Shown here: positions 9,479 through 19,589 of the stretch, one piece after another
How positions within the stretch are numbered: the stretch's first letter is position 1
How the letters are laid out: every line of letters begins with the position of its first letter
DNA from: Gammaproteobacteria bacterium
GTDB taxonomy: Bacteria; Pseudomonadota; Gammaproteobacteria; JAJFKO01
Assembly (NCBI GenBank): GCA_021773175.1
Contig: JAJFKO010000059.1
Span: 845 to 64,844 of the forward strand
Length of the DNA stretch: 64,000 bases
Direction: 5' to 3'
Program-made: the position numbers and the translations under genes
The notes under the pieces: model-generated
Seen by the model: only the letters and a program-made list of their open reading frames with translations
Told to the model about the DNA's origin: nothing
The model's database searches: none

Positions 9479-10516
9479 TTAATCATTCTCGGCTGTTTCA
9501 GTCGCTTGCATCAATACTGCAACACGATCATGAATAGTTTGAGTTACATTTTTTTCAACTTCTAACATGGCTTCTTTAATTGCATTGGTAAAACCAACAA
9601 CACTCGTACTACCGTGGCTTTTTACCACAACACCCCGCAAACCAATAAAACTTGCGCCATTATAACGAGCCGGATCGAGACTGGAATGAATTTTTTTCAA
9701 AACACCAAGGGCTATAAGACCGGTTAAACGCGTAAAAATATTTTTACCAAAGATTTTTTTGATTCGATCACTAATAAGGTGTGCGGCTCCTTCAGACACT
9801 TTCAAGGCAACATTGCCAACAAAGCCATCACAAACCACAACATCAGCAATACCTTTATAAAGCTCGGTACCTTCAATATAACCAGTATAATTTATAATTT
9901 CAGCAGCCGATAATAGTTGCGCAGTTTTTTTGACTTGTTCATTACCTTTAATTTCTTCTTCACCAATATTGAGCAATGCAACACGCGGTTTATCAAGATT
10001 GTCAACGGCTTCGGCTACAACGGAACCCATCACCGCAAATTGAAATAGATGTTCAGCTTTACAATCAACATTAGCGCCTAAATCTAAAACACGAACTTGG
10101 CCATTGGTCGTTGGTAATAGACTCAAAATAGCTGGTCGATCAATTCCTGGAAGTGTTTTCAAAACAAATCGAGCTGTTGCCATTAAGGCTCCGGTATTAC
10201 CAGCACTGACACAAGCATTGGCACAGCCCTCTTTAACTAGATTAATAGCAACACGCATAGAGGAATCTTTTTTGGTGCGTAATGCATGAGAAGGTAATTC
10301 ATCGCTGGCAACGACTTGTGATGCATGTCGAATAGATAAGCGCTCAGATTGCTGAACATTATGCTGCTTCAACTTTTCTAATAGCGTTGCCTGATCTCCT
10401 ACGATAATTAAGCGCAAATCTGCAAACTGTTGTAAAGCAGAATGCGCAGCAGGGATCACAACATCTGGACCGAAATCTCCACCCATAGCATCAAGTGCAA
10501 CTGTTACTTGATCCAA
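9479..10516 (-). CDS. plsX: phosphate acyltransferase PlsX
   Basis: ALDAMGGDFGP N-terminal signature. No fabH between plsX and fabD. Confidence 0.9.
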   Translation of the reverse strand: MDQVTVALDAMGGDFGPDVVIPAAHSALQQFADLRLIIVGDQATLLEKLKQHNVQQSERLSIRHASQVVASDELPSHALRTKKDSSMRVAINLVKEGCANACVSAGNTGALMATARFVLKTLPGIDRPAILSLLPTTNGQVRVLDLGANVDCKAEHLFQFAVMGSVVAEAVDNLDKPRVALLNIGEEEIKGNEQVKKTAQLLSAAEIINYTGYIEGTELYKGIADVVVCDGFVGNVALKVSEGAAHLISDRIKKIFGKNIFTRLTGLIALGVLKKIHSSLDPARYNGASFIGLRGVVVKSHGSTSVVGFTNAIKEAMLEVEKNVTQTIHDRVAVLMQATETAEND

Positions 10517-10522
10517 TGTTCA

Positions 10523-10732
10523 TTACTCTTCTGTTGTTGATTCTTCTTGTTCTTCTGCAACTTCTTTAACGTTAATCGGCTTACCACGGTAATAACCTTC
10601 AGCTGTCATATGATGACGAAGATGTGTTTCACCCGTAAAGCTATCAGTCGCTAACTCTTTACCAGTTAATGCATTATGAGCGCGTCGCATACCGCGTTTT
10701 GATCGAGTAGTGTGTTTACGTTGTACAGCCAT
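10523..10732 (-). CDS. rpmF: 50S ribosomal protein L32 with acidic C-terminal extension
   Basis: [22 protein letters not shown]...[15 protein letters not shown] matches L32, plus a 14-aa acidic tail [13 protein letters not shown]. No yceD upstream. Confidence 0.85.
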   Translation of the reverse strand: MAVQRKHTTRSKRGMRRAHNALTGKELATDSFTGETHLRHHMTAEGYYRGKPINVKEVAEEQEESTTEE

Positions 10733-10885
10733 TTGCTGGAACTCCAATAAGTTTAATGAATTTGATAATGACTTCTAATTCAAACTGTTAACAGGCCGCA
10801 TCTAGTTCAAAGACAGCCCATAAAGGGGTGCAATTATACAGATTTCTGCTAACATTGTGCAAATATTATTTTCGGTCTTTCTAAG

Positions 10886-11476
10886 GTGCCTGTAATGTCC
10901 AAATTAATTCTAGGCTCAACCTCCTCTTCTCGTTATAAGCTATTGAAAAAACTGAAGATTGATTTCGAATCAGCAGCGCCTGATATTGATGAAAGTCCTT
11001 TGAAAGGTGAAACAGCTGCAGCGCTTGTCGAGCGTTTAGCCATTGCTAAAGCTGGAAAAATTGCAACCACCCAAGCCAATTCTATTATTATCGGTGCCGA
11101 TCAAGTGGCTGACTTTAATGGCCAAATTCTTGGTAAGCCAGGGAATTATGACAATGCCTTTGCCACCTTATCAATGCTTTCCGGGCACAAGGTTACATTT
11201 TATACGGGCATGTGTGTGATGAATAGTGAGACTCAAGAATATGAAGTTTGTGTCGAACCCTTTACCGTGATATTCCGTCAACTCACAGCAAGTATGATTG
11301 ATAATTATCTTAAGAAAGATGAACCCTGGCATTGTGCCGGTAGCTTCCAAATCGAAGGCTTAGGCATTACATTGTTTGAAAAGTTGATTGGCGATGATTA
11401 CAACGCCTTGATTGGTTTGCCTCTGATAAAACTCACCAGTATTTTACCTAAATTTGGCATTCATGTTTTGGATTGA
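10886..11476 (+). CDS. maf: Maf-like nucleoside triphosphate pyrophosphatase (YceF type)
   Basis: LILGSTSSSRYKLL...DIDES...IIGADQV Maf signature. Divergent from rpmF, as in enterics. Confidence 0.8.
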   Translation: MPVMSKLILGSTSSSRYKLLKKLKIDFESAAPDIDESPLKGETAAALVERLAIAKAGKIATTQANSIIIGADQVADFNGQILGKPGNYDNAFATLSMLSGHKVTFYTGMCVMNSETQEYEVCVEPFTVIFRQLTASMIDNYLKKDEPWHCAGSFQIEGLGITLFEKLIGDDYNALIGLPLIKLTSILPKFGIHVLD

Positions 11477-11523
11477 TATCCAACCACTATAATAATTAAA
11501 TGCTATGAAAATGCTTAACCTAT

Positions 11524-12966
11524 TTATGTCGCTAGTGTTGGCTTAAGCTGCGTCATGAATAAAGGTAACCACTTACCATTCAGATATAACATGCCGTTAC
11601 TAAACACCATATGAGCAACATAATTTTGCTGATCTCGATGTAAATAATCCTGCTTTAATGCTCGACTCAACCAATCTTTATCTGATTGTGATAATAAATT
11701 GCTTTGCATTACATGCTTAACAAAAGCTTGTGGAGCAATAACTTTAAGTGAAGCATCTAAACTTGACACGGTATGCGCTAATAATCCTGCTAAAAATTTG
11801 AATTCAGGCAATTTATTATTAACGAACATAGGCAAGCTCCTTGGCAAATCAACAACCCCATTCATACTTAATAGACCATTTGCTGTTTGCATTTGTAAGG
11901 TTTTTAATGTGATATGCGTAGCAGCAATTGCTTGTGGTAAAATTTTTCTCGAAAAAGCATTGTTCTTTTGTTGGGACAGCTTCGACTCAGTAGAACCCGT
12001 GTGTAAGGCTTGTAAATGTTGCCAATATTGCCAGCGTTGTAATGGTGACATAGCGAGTAAAGGACTTCCCCGTAAGGCTAAATTCAATTTAATTTTTTGC
12101 ATGCAAATGTTGTCTACGCATAATTCTGTAGCCATGCCTTTAAGGTGACTAAGCACTGATTGTGCGTGCAATGTATTATTCATATTAAGTTTAATATCAT
12201 TAATAACAGCATTATGCTCGTGTTGCTGCGCAGTCAATGTCAAAATATGTAAGCTGTTATTACCTAGCCATATTCCATTTTGATTTTTGTTCGCTGTAAA
12301 CGTATTTGTAATACCGGCAGCTGAAAATAAGTCTTGATTTGCCACCTGAAATTTTAATGAGGCAATCTGATAATCACCCTTAAAACACGCTGCACGCTTT
12401 TGCAAAAATATATGGCTCTGAAAATCATTCACTAAGATTTTAACCGTCTGCTTTGCCAATCCTTGATTAATTAATAATTTTGGTACGTTAATATTAAGCT
12501 CTATGTTTTGAGCGAAGTTGATCGAACCGTTAAAATTTGCCACAGCTTTATTATCGCTAGTGACAATTTGTCCCTGAAAATAGGCCAGCCCTGCTGCAAG
12601 ATGCGTATTATTTGTTGCAGTTTGTATAAATGCCAATGGACCATTAAAAATTTTCACATTTGCCAAGAGAGTTACATGTTTTATTCCTATTGGATTGGCA
12701 TTTAATGATGTGATGTGTCGATGTTGATTATTAATTTGAATGATAAACTCTGCATTAGAGTCAAACCAATGCGACTTATACTTCGTTAAGCTTATACTGA
12801 CGCCACTATGCCCAACGGTGTAGTTAGCAAAATGGCTTTGTATTTCATGTTTAAAATAATACGCAGCAACGCCTGGAAGTATTAAAATAGTGGCAAAGAT
12901 AAGAATTAAAGCGCTAGCAAGGAAATATAATCGACGCATAATGATAAAACCTACTTTAGACAACAA
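11524..12966 (-). CDS. membrane-anchored hypothetical protein (possibly DUF945/YdgA-like)
   Basis: 480 aa with a single N-terminal TM (LYFLASALILIFATILILPGVAAYYF), then a large soluble Q/N/L-rich domain. Family assignment is by size and architecture only. Confidence 0.35.
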   Translation of the reverse strand: MLSKVGFIIMRRLYFLASALILIFATILILPGVAAYYFKHEIQSHFANYTVGHSGVSISLTKYKSHWFDSNAEFIIQINNQHRHITSLNANPIGIKHVTLLANVKIFNGPLAFIQTATNNTHLAAGLAYFQGQIVTSDNKAVANFNGSINFAQNIELNINVPKLLINQGLAKQTVKILVNDFQSHIFLQKRAACFKGDYQIASLKFQVANQDLFSAAGITNTFTANKNQNGIWLGNNSLHILTLTAQQHEHNAVINDIKLNMNNTLHAQSVLSHLKGMATELCVDNICMQKIKLNLALRGSPLLAMSPLQRWQYWQHLQALHTGSTESKLSQQKNNAFSRKILPQAIAATHITLKTLQMQTANGLLSMNGVVDLPRSLPMFVNNKLPEFKFLAGLLAHTVSSLDASLKVIAPQAFVKHVMQSNLLSQSDKDWLSRALKQDYLHRDQQNYVAHMVFSNGMLYLNGKWLPLFMTQLKPTLAT

Positions 12967-13054
12967 AGCCCATTAGTGAATCAAAATTTCGCCAAGTGTA
13001 TCACTGTTGCCCACTAACTTCAAAACTTGTAACGTCCTCAATAACACTTCAATT

Positions 13055-13834
13055 CTACTTAAAATACAAGGCCATAAGCTCTTTACTTGATTTACAACCC
13101 AGCAACTCTTTGGTTTGAGCGATAATTCCTTCCACCGTTCTATGGGAAAGACTCATATCTCGAGCGATCAATTTTGATGACTTCCCTTGTGCTAATAACG
13201 TTAAACATGTTGCTTGCTGCGTTGAAAGTTGCACAGGTGAATGCCGTGTATTATGAAAAAAGATAGAATCAGACTTTTCTCGTGTGATGGCATTGCCGTC
13301 ATCTGACAAAACGTCAACATTAAATGATTCCCGCATAGCATTCATAACAACTTGTATATGCTCATCTAAAGCATGCTTATTGCCATCTATAGTGAGAGTG
13401 CTGACGAGTTTATTTAATTCATCGCGCTCATCATGAAGATTATCGAATAATTCTTTAGTTGTTATAAATGGTAACAATGGCGCTGCGCGCCGGATATTAC
13501 GCTCCAGCTGCACACTCGTGCTAGTATCTAAAAAAACAGAAAATTCCGCTGATAGAATTTCTCTATTAATTTTTGAACAAACCATACTGGCATCAGTTAC
13601 AACGACAACATGTTCTTCTTTTATCAAATTATTTAATATTATAGTTTGACAGTGAAAGAACGAGTCTGCAGCTTCTTTACTTAAAATTTCATGTATTGGA
13701 AGGCCTATTTTACTTTCTATTCCAATATCAGCATCGATGATGCGCCAACCTAATTTCTCTCCCAATGTTTTAGCAAATAAACCTTTTCCTGCACCAGGAT
13801 GACCAATAACAAAAACTCGTTTAATCTTATTCAT
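13055..13834 (-). CDS. fusion regulator: N-terminal shikimate-kinase-like P-loop domain plus C-terminal LuxR-type HTH
   Basis: N-terminus VFVIGHPGAGKGLFAKTLGEKLGWRIIDADIGIE is a Walker A with the shikimate-kinase DxDxxIE context. C-terminus LTLLAQGKSSKLIARDMSLSHRTVEGIIAQTKELLG is a LuxR/GerE HTH. Start set at MNKIKRVF. Confidence 0.6.
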   Translation of the reverse strand: MNKIKRVFVIGHPGAGKGLFAKTLGEKLGWRIIDADIGIESKIGLPIHEILSKEAADSFFHCQTIILNNLIKEEHVVVVTDASMVCSKINREILSAEFSVFLDTSTSVQLERNIRRAAPLLPFITTKELFDNLHDERDELNKLVSTLTIDGNKHALDEHIQVVMNAMRESFNVDVLSDDGNAITREKSDSIFFHNTRHSPVQLSTQQATCLTLLAQGKSSKLIARDMSLSHRTVEGIIAQTKELLGCKSSKELMALYFK

Positions 13835-14021
13835 GTCATATCTCACTTTTAAACACTTAGATTTTAAACCTAGATTCCGCAGTTGCCATCGTAGCAAGAG
13901 CGCTTAATATACTGAATCTAAGTTAAATATAGTATCGTTGTTATTGTCGCTAAATCAATACGTAGAACTACGTTATAAATAGTGTAAATATTAAGGGGAC
14001 GTCATAAACGCCGCTTGTAAA

Positions 14022-15011
14022 TCATAGAGTAACAAAACTTTGCGCAGAAGAAACTAGCGGCACTTTATTTAAAAAGTTTTGATTAAAATCTTCAGGAAGC
14101 ATTGCATTAACATTTAAATACCAGAGATTAGGCAAGCTAAAACTCTCACACTTCACCGCATCTTTCTCTGTCATAATAATGGGTAAGTCATCTTGGAAAT
14201 TAAGGTCTTGTACTTGATAAGTATAATGATCTGGAAAATAATGAGGAATAACCGCATAACCAAGTGACTTTAATGTTTGAAAAAAGCTCTCTGGATTACC
14301 AATACCCGCTACAGCATGAACAGGCTTATCGATAAAACTTTTATTATCCATGCGCTCAGCAGCTCGCTGTACGCAGCATAGTTCGCCAGGCAGTAATTGC
14401 ATAGCATACTCACCAACAGCAGCCTCCCCTTTAACAACGACGAAATCAACATCTTGTAAACGTTGTACCGGTTCACGTAAAGGTCCTGCCGGTAAACATA
14501 ATTCATTGCCACAACGCCGTTGGCCATCAAGCACTGCAATCTCGATATCACGTTGCATAGCATAATGCTGCAAACCATCGTCGGCTAAGATAACATTACA
14601 ATTTGTTGCGCCTAATAATGCTTTGATAGCAACATTTCGTTTTGGCGCTATAACGACTGGGCAGCCACTACGTCGTGCCATTAATACAGCTTCATCACCA
14701 ACATCCGTCGCTGATGCTAGCGTATCAACAAAGTGCGGAAACGTTTTAATATTAGCTTTATAGCCACGACTGACAATGCCTGGTACAAAGCCTTGTTGTC
14801 GCAGTAACTCGGCAAGGTAAATTGTTAATGGCGTTTTACCGGTACCGCCAACACTAATATTGCCAACAACAATTATCGGTACAGGAAATGCTTGTGAGGA
14901 TAAGATATTCTTTTGATATAAAAACTTTCTCGTTGCAGCGATACCCTTATATAAACCCGACAATGGTCTTAATAACTGGGAAATCGTATTATGAGAATAC
15001 CAAAAATCCAT
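14022..15011 (-). CDS. lpxK: tetraacyldisaccharide 4'-kinase
   Basis: PVPIIVVGNISVGGTGKTP P-loop typical of LpxK. Coupled to the msbA stop. Confidence 0.85.
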   Translation of the reverse strand: MDFWYSHNTISQLLRPLSGLYKGIAATRKFLYQKNILSSQAFPVPIIVVGNISVGGTGKTPLTIYLAELLRQQGFVPGIVSRGYKANIKTFPHFVDTLASATDVGDEAVLMARRSGCPVVIAPKRNVAIKALLGATNCNVILADDGLQHYAMQRDIEIAVLDGQRRCGNELCLPAGPLREPVQRLQDVDFVVVKGEAAVGEYAMQLLPGELCCVQRAAERMDNKSFIDKPVHAVAGIGNPESFFQTLKSLGYAVIPHYFPDHYTYQVQDLNFQDDLPIIMTEKDAVKCESFSLPNLWYLNVNAMLPEDFNQNFLNKVPLVSSAQSFVTL

Positions 15012-16777
15012 TATGATACTTCACTTTCTGCTTCAGATTGTAAACTTTCATCGTGAAACTGTAGGGCATGTAATTTCGCATAGTGTCCATCTTGTTCAAG
15101 CAAGGTTGAGTGATTACCCATCTCGATAATTCTACCCTTTTCCATAACAACGATTTTATCGGCTTTTTCAATTGTTGAAAGACGATGTGCAATCACTAAG
15201 GTCGTGCGGTTTTCCATCAACGTTTCCAGTGCGGCTTGAATATGGCGCTCCGCTTCGGTATCTAATGCTGATGTTGCTTCATCTAAAATCAAAATTGGCG
15301 CATCTTTTAATAAGGCTCGGGCTATTGCTAAACGCTGACGTTGACCACCTGAAAGTAAAACGCCTTTATCGCCAACCAAAGTATCCAAGCCTTCAGGAAG
15401 TTCTTGAATAAACTCGTAAGCATGTGCCGCTTTAGCTGCCGCAATAATTTCTTCGCGAGAAACAGTCTCTAATTGTCCATAGGCAATATTCTTAGCAATA
15501 CTATCATTAAACAACACCACGTGTTGTGACACTAACGCAACTTGTTGGCGTAACGACGATAAACTAAGGTCACGAATAGTATAACCATCTATAGTGATGC
15601 ACCCTGTCTGATATTCATAAAAGCGCGGCAATAAATTAACAAGCGTACTTTTACCACTACCAGAACGTCCAACTAGTGCCACGGTTTCACCCGGTTTAAT
15701 CGTCAAGTCAATATTATGCAACACACCTTTATGACTACGCTCATATTGAAAAGAAACGTTCTCATAGATTAGCTCACCTTGAGCTCGCGGTAATATTGTT
15801 GTGCCAGTATCTTGCTCTGTCGGTTCATCTAAAACAGCAAAGATACTTTCAGCACCGGCAATACCTTTTTGTATTGTACTATTAACCGTCGTCAAATTTT
15901 TCAAAGGCTTTAACATCGCAAGCATTGATGCCGTAAAAGAAACAAAGGCTCCAGCTGAAATCCCAAAGCGTCCATCCGACGTTGCTAGATATACGGTAAT
16001 GGCAATAGCAAATGAAGCAAGAATTTGCACACTTGATGTACCAATGGAGTCTGCCACGATCACTTTCATTTCACGTTGACGATTATGCTTTGTCACCGAA
16101 TTAAACTTACCTTGCTCATAGTTTTGACCGCCAAAACTTTTCACTTCGCGGTAGCCTTCTAAGCCTTCTTGCGCAATATGGGTAATTTCGCTCATATTAT
16201 CTTGAATACCATGACTTAAACTGCGCATACGTCGACTGGTATAACTTACAATCAAAGCAATCACAGGAACGGTCAATATAAAAATAAGACTTAAACGCCA
16301 GCTATTTAAAAACATAACAACAATGAGCCCCACAATTAAGAAGCTTTCACGAATTACGCGAATAAAAGCTTTAGTGCTGGCACTTGCCACTTGCTGTACG
16401 TTAAAAATGATTACAGAGAGAAGTTCACCGCTATTACGCGTATCAAAATACGCTGCAGGTAATTTTAGGAAATGGGCAAACAATAATTGCCGAAAACGCA
16501 TGACAACATTGCGTCCTATCCATGTAATAAAGTAATTTGCAGTGAAGGAAGCAATGCCTCGAAAAACAAAGGCACCGACGATAATATAAGGCAGCCAGAA
16601 TAGGAAATGTTGATTTTTATTAATAAAACCATCGTTGAGTAATGGCTTTAAAAACCAAGTAAATGCCGCATCACTGCCAGATGACATCAGCATACCCACA
16701 ATACCAAAAATAAAGGCAGGCCAATAATCAAGAGCATAGCCCATGAGCCGCTTATAAACGCTAACACCCTGTTTCAT
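15011..16777 (-). CDS. msbA: lipid A export ABC transporter (fused permease/ATPase)
   Basis: 588 aa. Six-TM N-terminal domain, Walker A GRSGSGKST, signature LSGGQRQR, Walker B ILILDEATSALD. Confidence 0.85.
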   Translation of the reverse strand: MKQGVSVYKRLMGYALDYWPAFIFGIVGMLMSSGSDAAFTWFLKPLLNDGFINKNQHFLFWLPYIIVGAFVFRGIASFTANYFITWIGRNVVMRFRQLLFAHFLKLPAAYFDTRNSGELLSVIIFNVQQVASASTKAFIRVIRESFLIVGLIVVMFLNSWRLSLIFILTVPVIALIVSYTSRRMRSLSHGIQDNMSEITHIAQEGLEGYREVKSFGGQNYEQGKFNSVTKHNRQREMKVIVADSIGTSSVQILASFAIAITVYLATSDGRFGISAGAFVSFTASMLAMLKPLKNLTTVNSTIQKGIAGAESIFAVLDEPTEQDTGTTILPRAQGELIYENVSFQYERSHKGVLHNIDLTIKPGETVALVGRSGSGKSTLVNLLPRFYEYQTGCITIDGYTIRDLSLSSLRQQVALVSQHVVLFNDSIAKNIAYGQLETVSREEIIAAAKAAHAYEFIQELPEGLDTLVGDKGVLLSGGQRQRLAIARALLKDAPILILDEATSALDTEAERHIQAALETLMENRTTLVIAHRLSTIEKADKIVVMEKGRIIEMGNHSTLLEQDGHYAKLHALQFHDESLQSEAESEVS

Positions 16778-16827
16778 ATGGAATTAAAATCTTTTTGGTC
16801 ATTTAAAAGTGGCCATTTTAACATACT

Positions 16828-16920
16828 TAGGACTTACGATAAACCAGCAAGGTTGAGGCGAATGTGCTTTCTAAAAGCCGACAGTATTACGTAATACGTG
16901 GGGGTTTTAGAAAGCACAGG
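16828..16920. repeat. degenerate MITE-like copy with internal 13-bp inverted repeat
   Basis: Left terminus TAGGACTTACGATAAACC matches the MITE family. Contains gtgctttctaaaa...ttttagaaagcac, a perfect 13-bp IR, around the attacgtaat core also present in the 125-bp copies. No right terminus. Confidence 0.35.
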
Positions 16921-16955
16921 TGGATTCAACTCGTTAATGCAACATGCTATATTTT

Positions 16956-16994
16956 AAAAAAACAAGAGAAAAAACGATACTGCCTTTTCTCTTG
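16956..16994 (-). terminator. rho-independent terminator-like hairpin (read on minus strand)
   Basis: Perfect 10-bp stem caagagaaaa / ttttctcttg with a 12-nt loop, followed on the minus strand by a T7 run (plus-strand aaaaaaa 16956-16962). Sits between the accessory islet and the msbA promoter. Confidence 0.45.
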
Positions 16995-17009
16995 CTTAGA
17001 TTATTTCTA

Positions 17010-17594
17010 TCATGTAAAGGTGTTGGCTTTTCTAGCTCTTTCTGGCTGTGGAGCAGCATTGAAACTCGAAGCAGTCTGCTCTTTGCGAGAAGGTTTGAAA
17101 AGCATCGACAGTGGTGTTGCTGTAGGAATAGTATTATTCGACGCACTACTAGCGAGCTGTATAGACGATGTTTTTAGCCTGATATAATGATTGAATCTTC
17201 GTGGTTCTGACGAAAAGCCCTCGGCAGATGTACAAAGAACATCAAGTGCCTCAAAGTTTGCTCCATGACAACTTGTTCTAGCTAAGGACAACCGTCCACT
17301 CGTTTTCGTCACAAAGATTCGTAGATTCTTTCTTAAAATTAGTGCTAAAGCATCCATTACAGATGGAGATTTTTCGTTAAATGGTATCCAAACGCCAGCT
17401 TTTAAGAATGAGTGTAAGTACTTCTCCACTCTGCGTACATTACTATCAAAATGCTCCAAAGTCCGCTCATAACGAACATTATGAGCCACCTCTAAACCAT
17501 CCAGTAGCAGGTTTACAAGATCTTCCCTCTGGGTGTTACCATTGACAGCTCTCGAGAACCAACCTTGATTGCTGACGTGATAAAGCAGTCATAA
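17010..17594 (-). pseudogene. unidentified gene fragment (GTG-start ORF with in-frame upstream stop; possible degraded mobile-element gene)
   Basis: The ORF-track 159-aa ORF starts with GTG. The same frame continues upstream (…LLYHVSNQGWFSRAVNGNTQREDLVNLLLDGLEVAHNVRYER…) to a stop at about 17594. Low-complexity C-terminus. Flanked by IS remnants. Confidence 0.25.
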
Positions 17595-17796
17595 AAGTAA
17601 TTTCTTTAGCAGTCCAATCCGCATAAAAAAATGGACTGTGTCGATTCAACACTGGAAACCTGCGATGAATCACTTTATGAGCGAGTTCGAGGAGCAGCTA
17701 ACTCCTTATGTTTAGAGCGAGTACTTACACAGAATTATTTACAGGCTCATATGATCGAACCTATCTTTTAACCTCTCATTCTCAGCTTTAACAAGC

Positions 17797-18060
17797 TCAT
17801 TTCTTGCAACGTGCTTTTCCTACCATAAAAATATTAATTTGATTACCAATCTCTTCGACTTGCCCCTTAATTTCTTTGATTTTTTCAGACAGTGTTTTTA
17901 TTTGTACCATATGCCTATGAACTACTTCTCTTTTTTCATCTTCCAAATCCACTTTATTAAAACATGTAGACACTTCCAGTTGTTGTATCTCTTCTATCAT
18001 GTCTAATGTAATAGCATCTTGTAACTCTTCAAGCTGATCTTGCCCCGATTTGAAGGACAC
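17797..18060 (-). CDS. small coiled-coil hypothetical protein, probably a 5'-truncated remnant
   Basis: 87 aa, heptad-like E/K/Q-rich sequence. The ORF start abuts the IS3-family left end at about 18051. Confidence 0.3.
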   Translation of the reverse strand: MSFKSGQDQLEELQDAITLDMIEEIQQLEVSTCFNKVDLEDEKREVVHRHMVQIKTLSEKIKEIKGQVEEIGNQINIFMVGKARCKK

Positions 18061-18410
18061 CTTACCAAGAGAGTAAACTAACTTTTAGTGAGGAAATAAA
18101 ATGAACGAAACAAATTAATCTAACTCATTCAACTGTAAAATATAGTCCAGAATTTAAAGGTAGAACTTTGCTCCGAGCTAAGTCTGAAGGCGTGCCTCAA
18201 GTTGCGAAAGATCTTGGGTTATCGGAATCGATACTTTATCCGTGGCGGGCCAAACAAAGGCAATTTGGACAGCCTCATGAGCTTCAAAAATAACAACAGG
18301 CTGAATTATCCCGTCTCAAATGCGAAAATGATCGTCTTACTCAGGAAAATGCCTTTCTAAAAAAGGTCGCGCAGTACTTTGCGACGGAGCAGGCGTTTTG
18401 TGGAATATGA
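18051..18410 (+). mobile_element. IS3-family element remnant: left end plus orfA with lost ATG and internal stop; orfB absent
   Basis: Starts TGAAGGACACC (IS3/IS911-like IRL, 5'-TG). Translation gives …STVKYSPEFKGRTLLRAKSEGVPQVAKDLGLSESILYPWRAKQRQFGQPHELQK*QQAELSRLKCENDRLTQENAFLKKVAQYFATEQA. That is the HTH plus leucine-zipper OrfA of IS3-family elements. No transposase catalytic ORF follows. Confidence 0.55.
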
Positions 18411-18464
18411 TTTGCGTTGTGCAATATTGGAGGTTGGGCAGACCTAGCTTAATGGTAGATAGAT

Positions 18465-18833
18465 TCAATTGCCATAACAACTACCATTCTTCAAACATGC
18501 GCGATACCCCCCAACACATGCAGCTCTATGGTCGGAGGTTGATGAAACGTTGAAACTCCCCGAGGGGGAATTATTTTGACTCATAACCACTTGTAGTTGA
18601 GATGTACTCGAGTCGTTATTAAGTCCTGCTTTAGTGGATACATAACACCCGTAACGAAGATCAGCTTTTGCTTCGCATACGGCTGTAATGCCGGGCGAAT
18701 CGGATATTAGGGTCCAATAGCTAGCGTTCTCGCAAACCTTTGAGTTGGTTGAATTAGCGGCCTGAATGGTCGAGCCAAAGATTAAGGTTGATAAATATAG
18801 TATGGATATGAATACATTAACTTTTTTGTTCAT
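18465..18833 (-). CDS. small secreted cysteine-rich protein
   Basis: 122 aa. Signal peptide MNKKVNVFISILYLSTLIFGSTIQA, then S/N/G-rich mature part with 8 Cys (CENASY…CEAKADLRYGCYV…CVGGYRACLKNGSCYGN). Local GC visibly higher than surroundings. Confidence 0.45.
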   Translation of the reverse strand: MNKKVNVFISILYLSTLIFGSTIQAANSTNSKVCENASYWTLISDSPGITAVCEAKADLRYGCYVSTKAGLNNDSSTSQLQVVMSQNNSPSGSFNVSSTSDHRAACVGGYRACLKNGSCYGN

Positions 18834-19589
18834 AATAGTGGTCCCCTTCAGTTAATATACCTTTGTCATTGGTATGCCCCAAACACGCCAGCGGCGCACA
18901 TAACAGCAGTTTAGTATTTGTTCGATGATTGACAGCATTCGTTTGTCGTTAATGCTCCTGGTAATGATGACCTCCATCATAACAAAAATATACGCGGTAT
19001 TTAATGCAGCTTTAGAGACAATCCGCAATATTTGCTTGGTATCATGATAGTGTTTTGTCTTCGAATGTGATCGCATGCTTCACCCTGTATTACTTACCAA
19101 AATTTGCTTTATATTGCTAATAATAGTATATATCTTTGTAAATTCCATACCGATTTGATCTACCTCCTCTTTCTGAAGCCCCCTATATTATATTGAGAAG
19201 CAAGCAAATTAATAATCAAAATATTTATTAGCATTTTTATCAAGCGTCTTTACAAATACTTTCTTCAATCTATAGAATAGCTACTAACGTTCTGAACACC
19301 CTGCTCTAGGTTCATTTAATCTATATTACTGGAACCTTCTTGTTAAGCGTTCGGGTGGATTAAGTCCTTAATGCAACAGCAAGCTACCAACTATACTAAA
19401 CTTATATAAAAACTTAAATTAAGATTCTATCTGCAGCAGCAGATAATCTTGAGATAGCCACTTGAAATATTCAAGATATTCAACAGAAGCCATAGCCTCA
19501 ATACCAACTGACAGGATTAAGTTAATGTTGTCTTAATAATTACCTGCATAAACTTTTACGTATACCATAGTTTTATTAGAGTTATAGAA

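Noticed and set aside
11699-12148. 149-aa Cys-rich plus-strand ORF
   Set aside because: Antisense to the 480-aa membrane-anchored protein gene. The Cys richness comes from reverse-complement codon bias (GCA/ACA), not a real metal-binding protein.
14309-14578. ORFs on both strands inside lpxK
   Set aside because: Overlap a confidently identified gene. Spurious.
16864-17187. Cluster of small overlapping ORFs on both strands
   Set aside because: Region is better explained by a terminator hairpin, an MITE remnant and the 5' end of a degraded gene fragment. No coherent protein.
18852-19076. 74-aa minus-strand ORF
   Set aside because: No motif. Sits in an AT-rich spacer, probably the promoter/leader of the Cys-rich protein gene.
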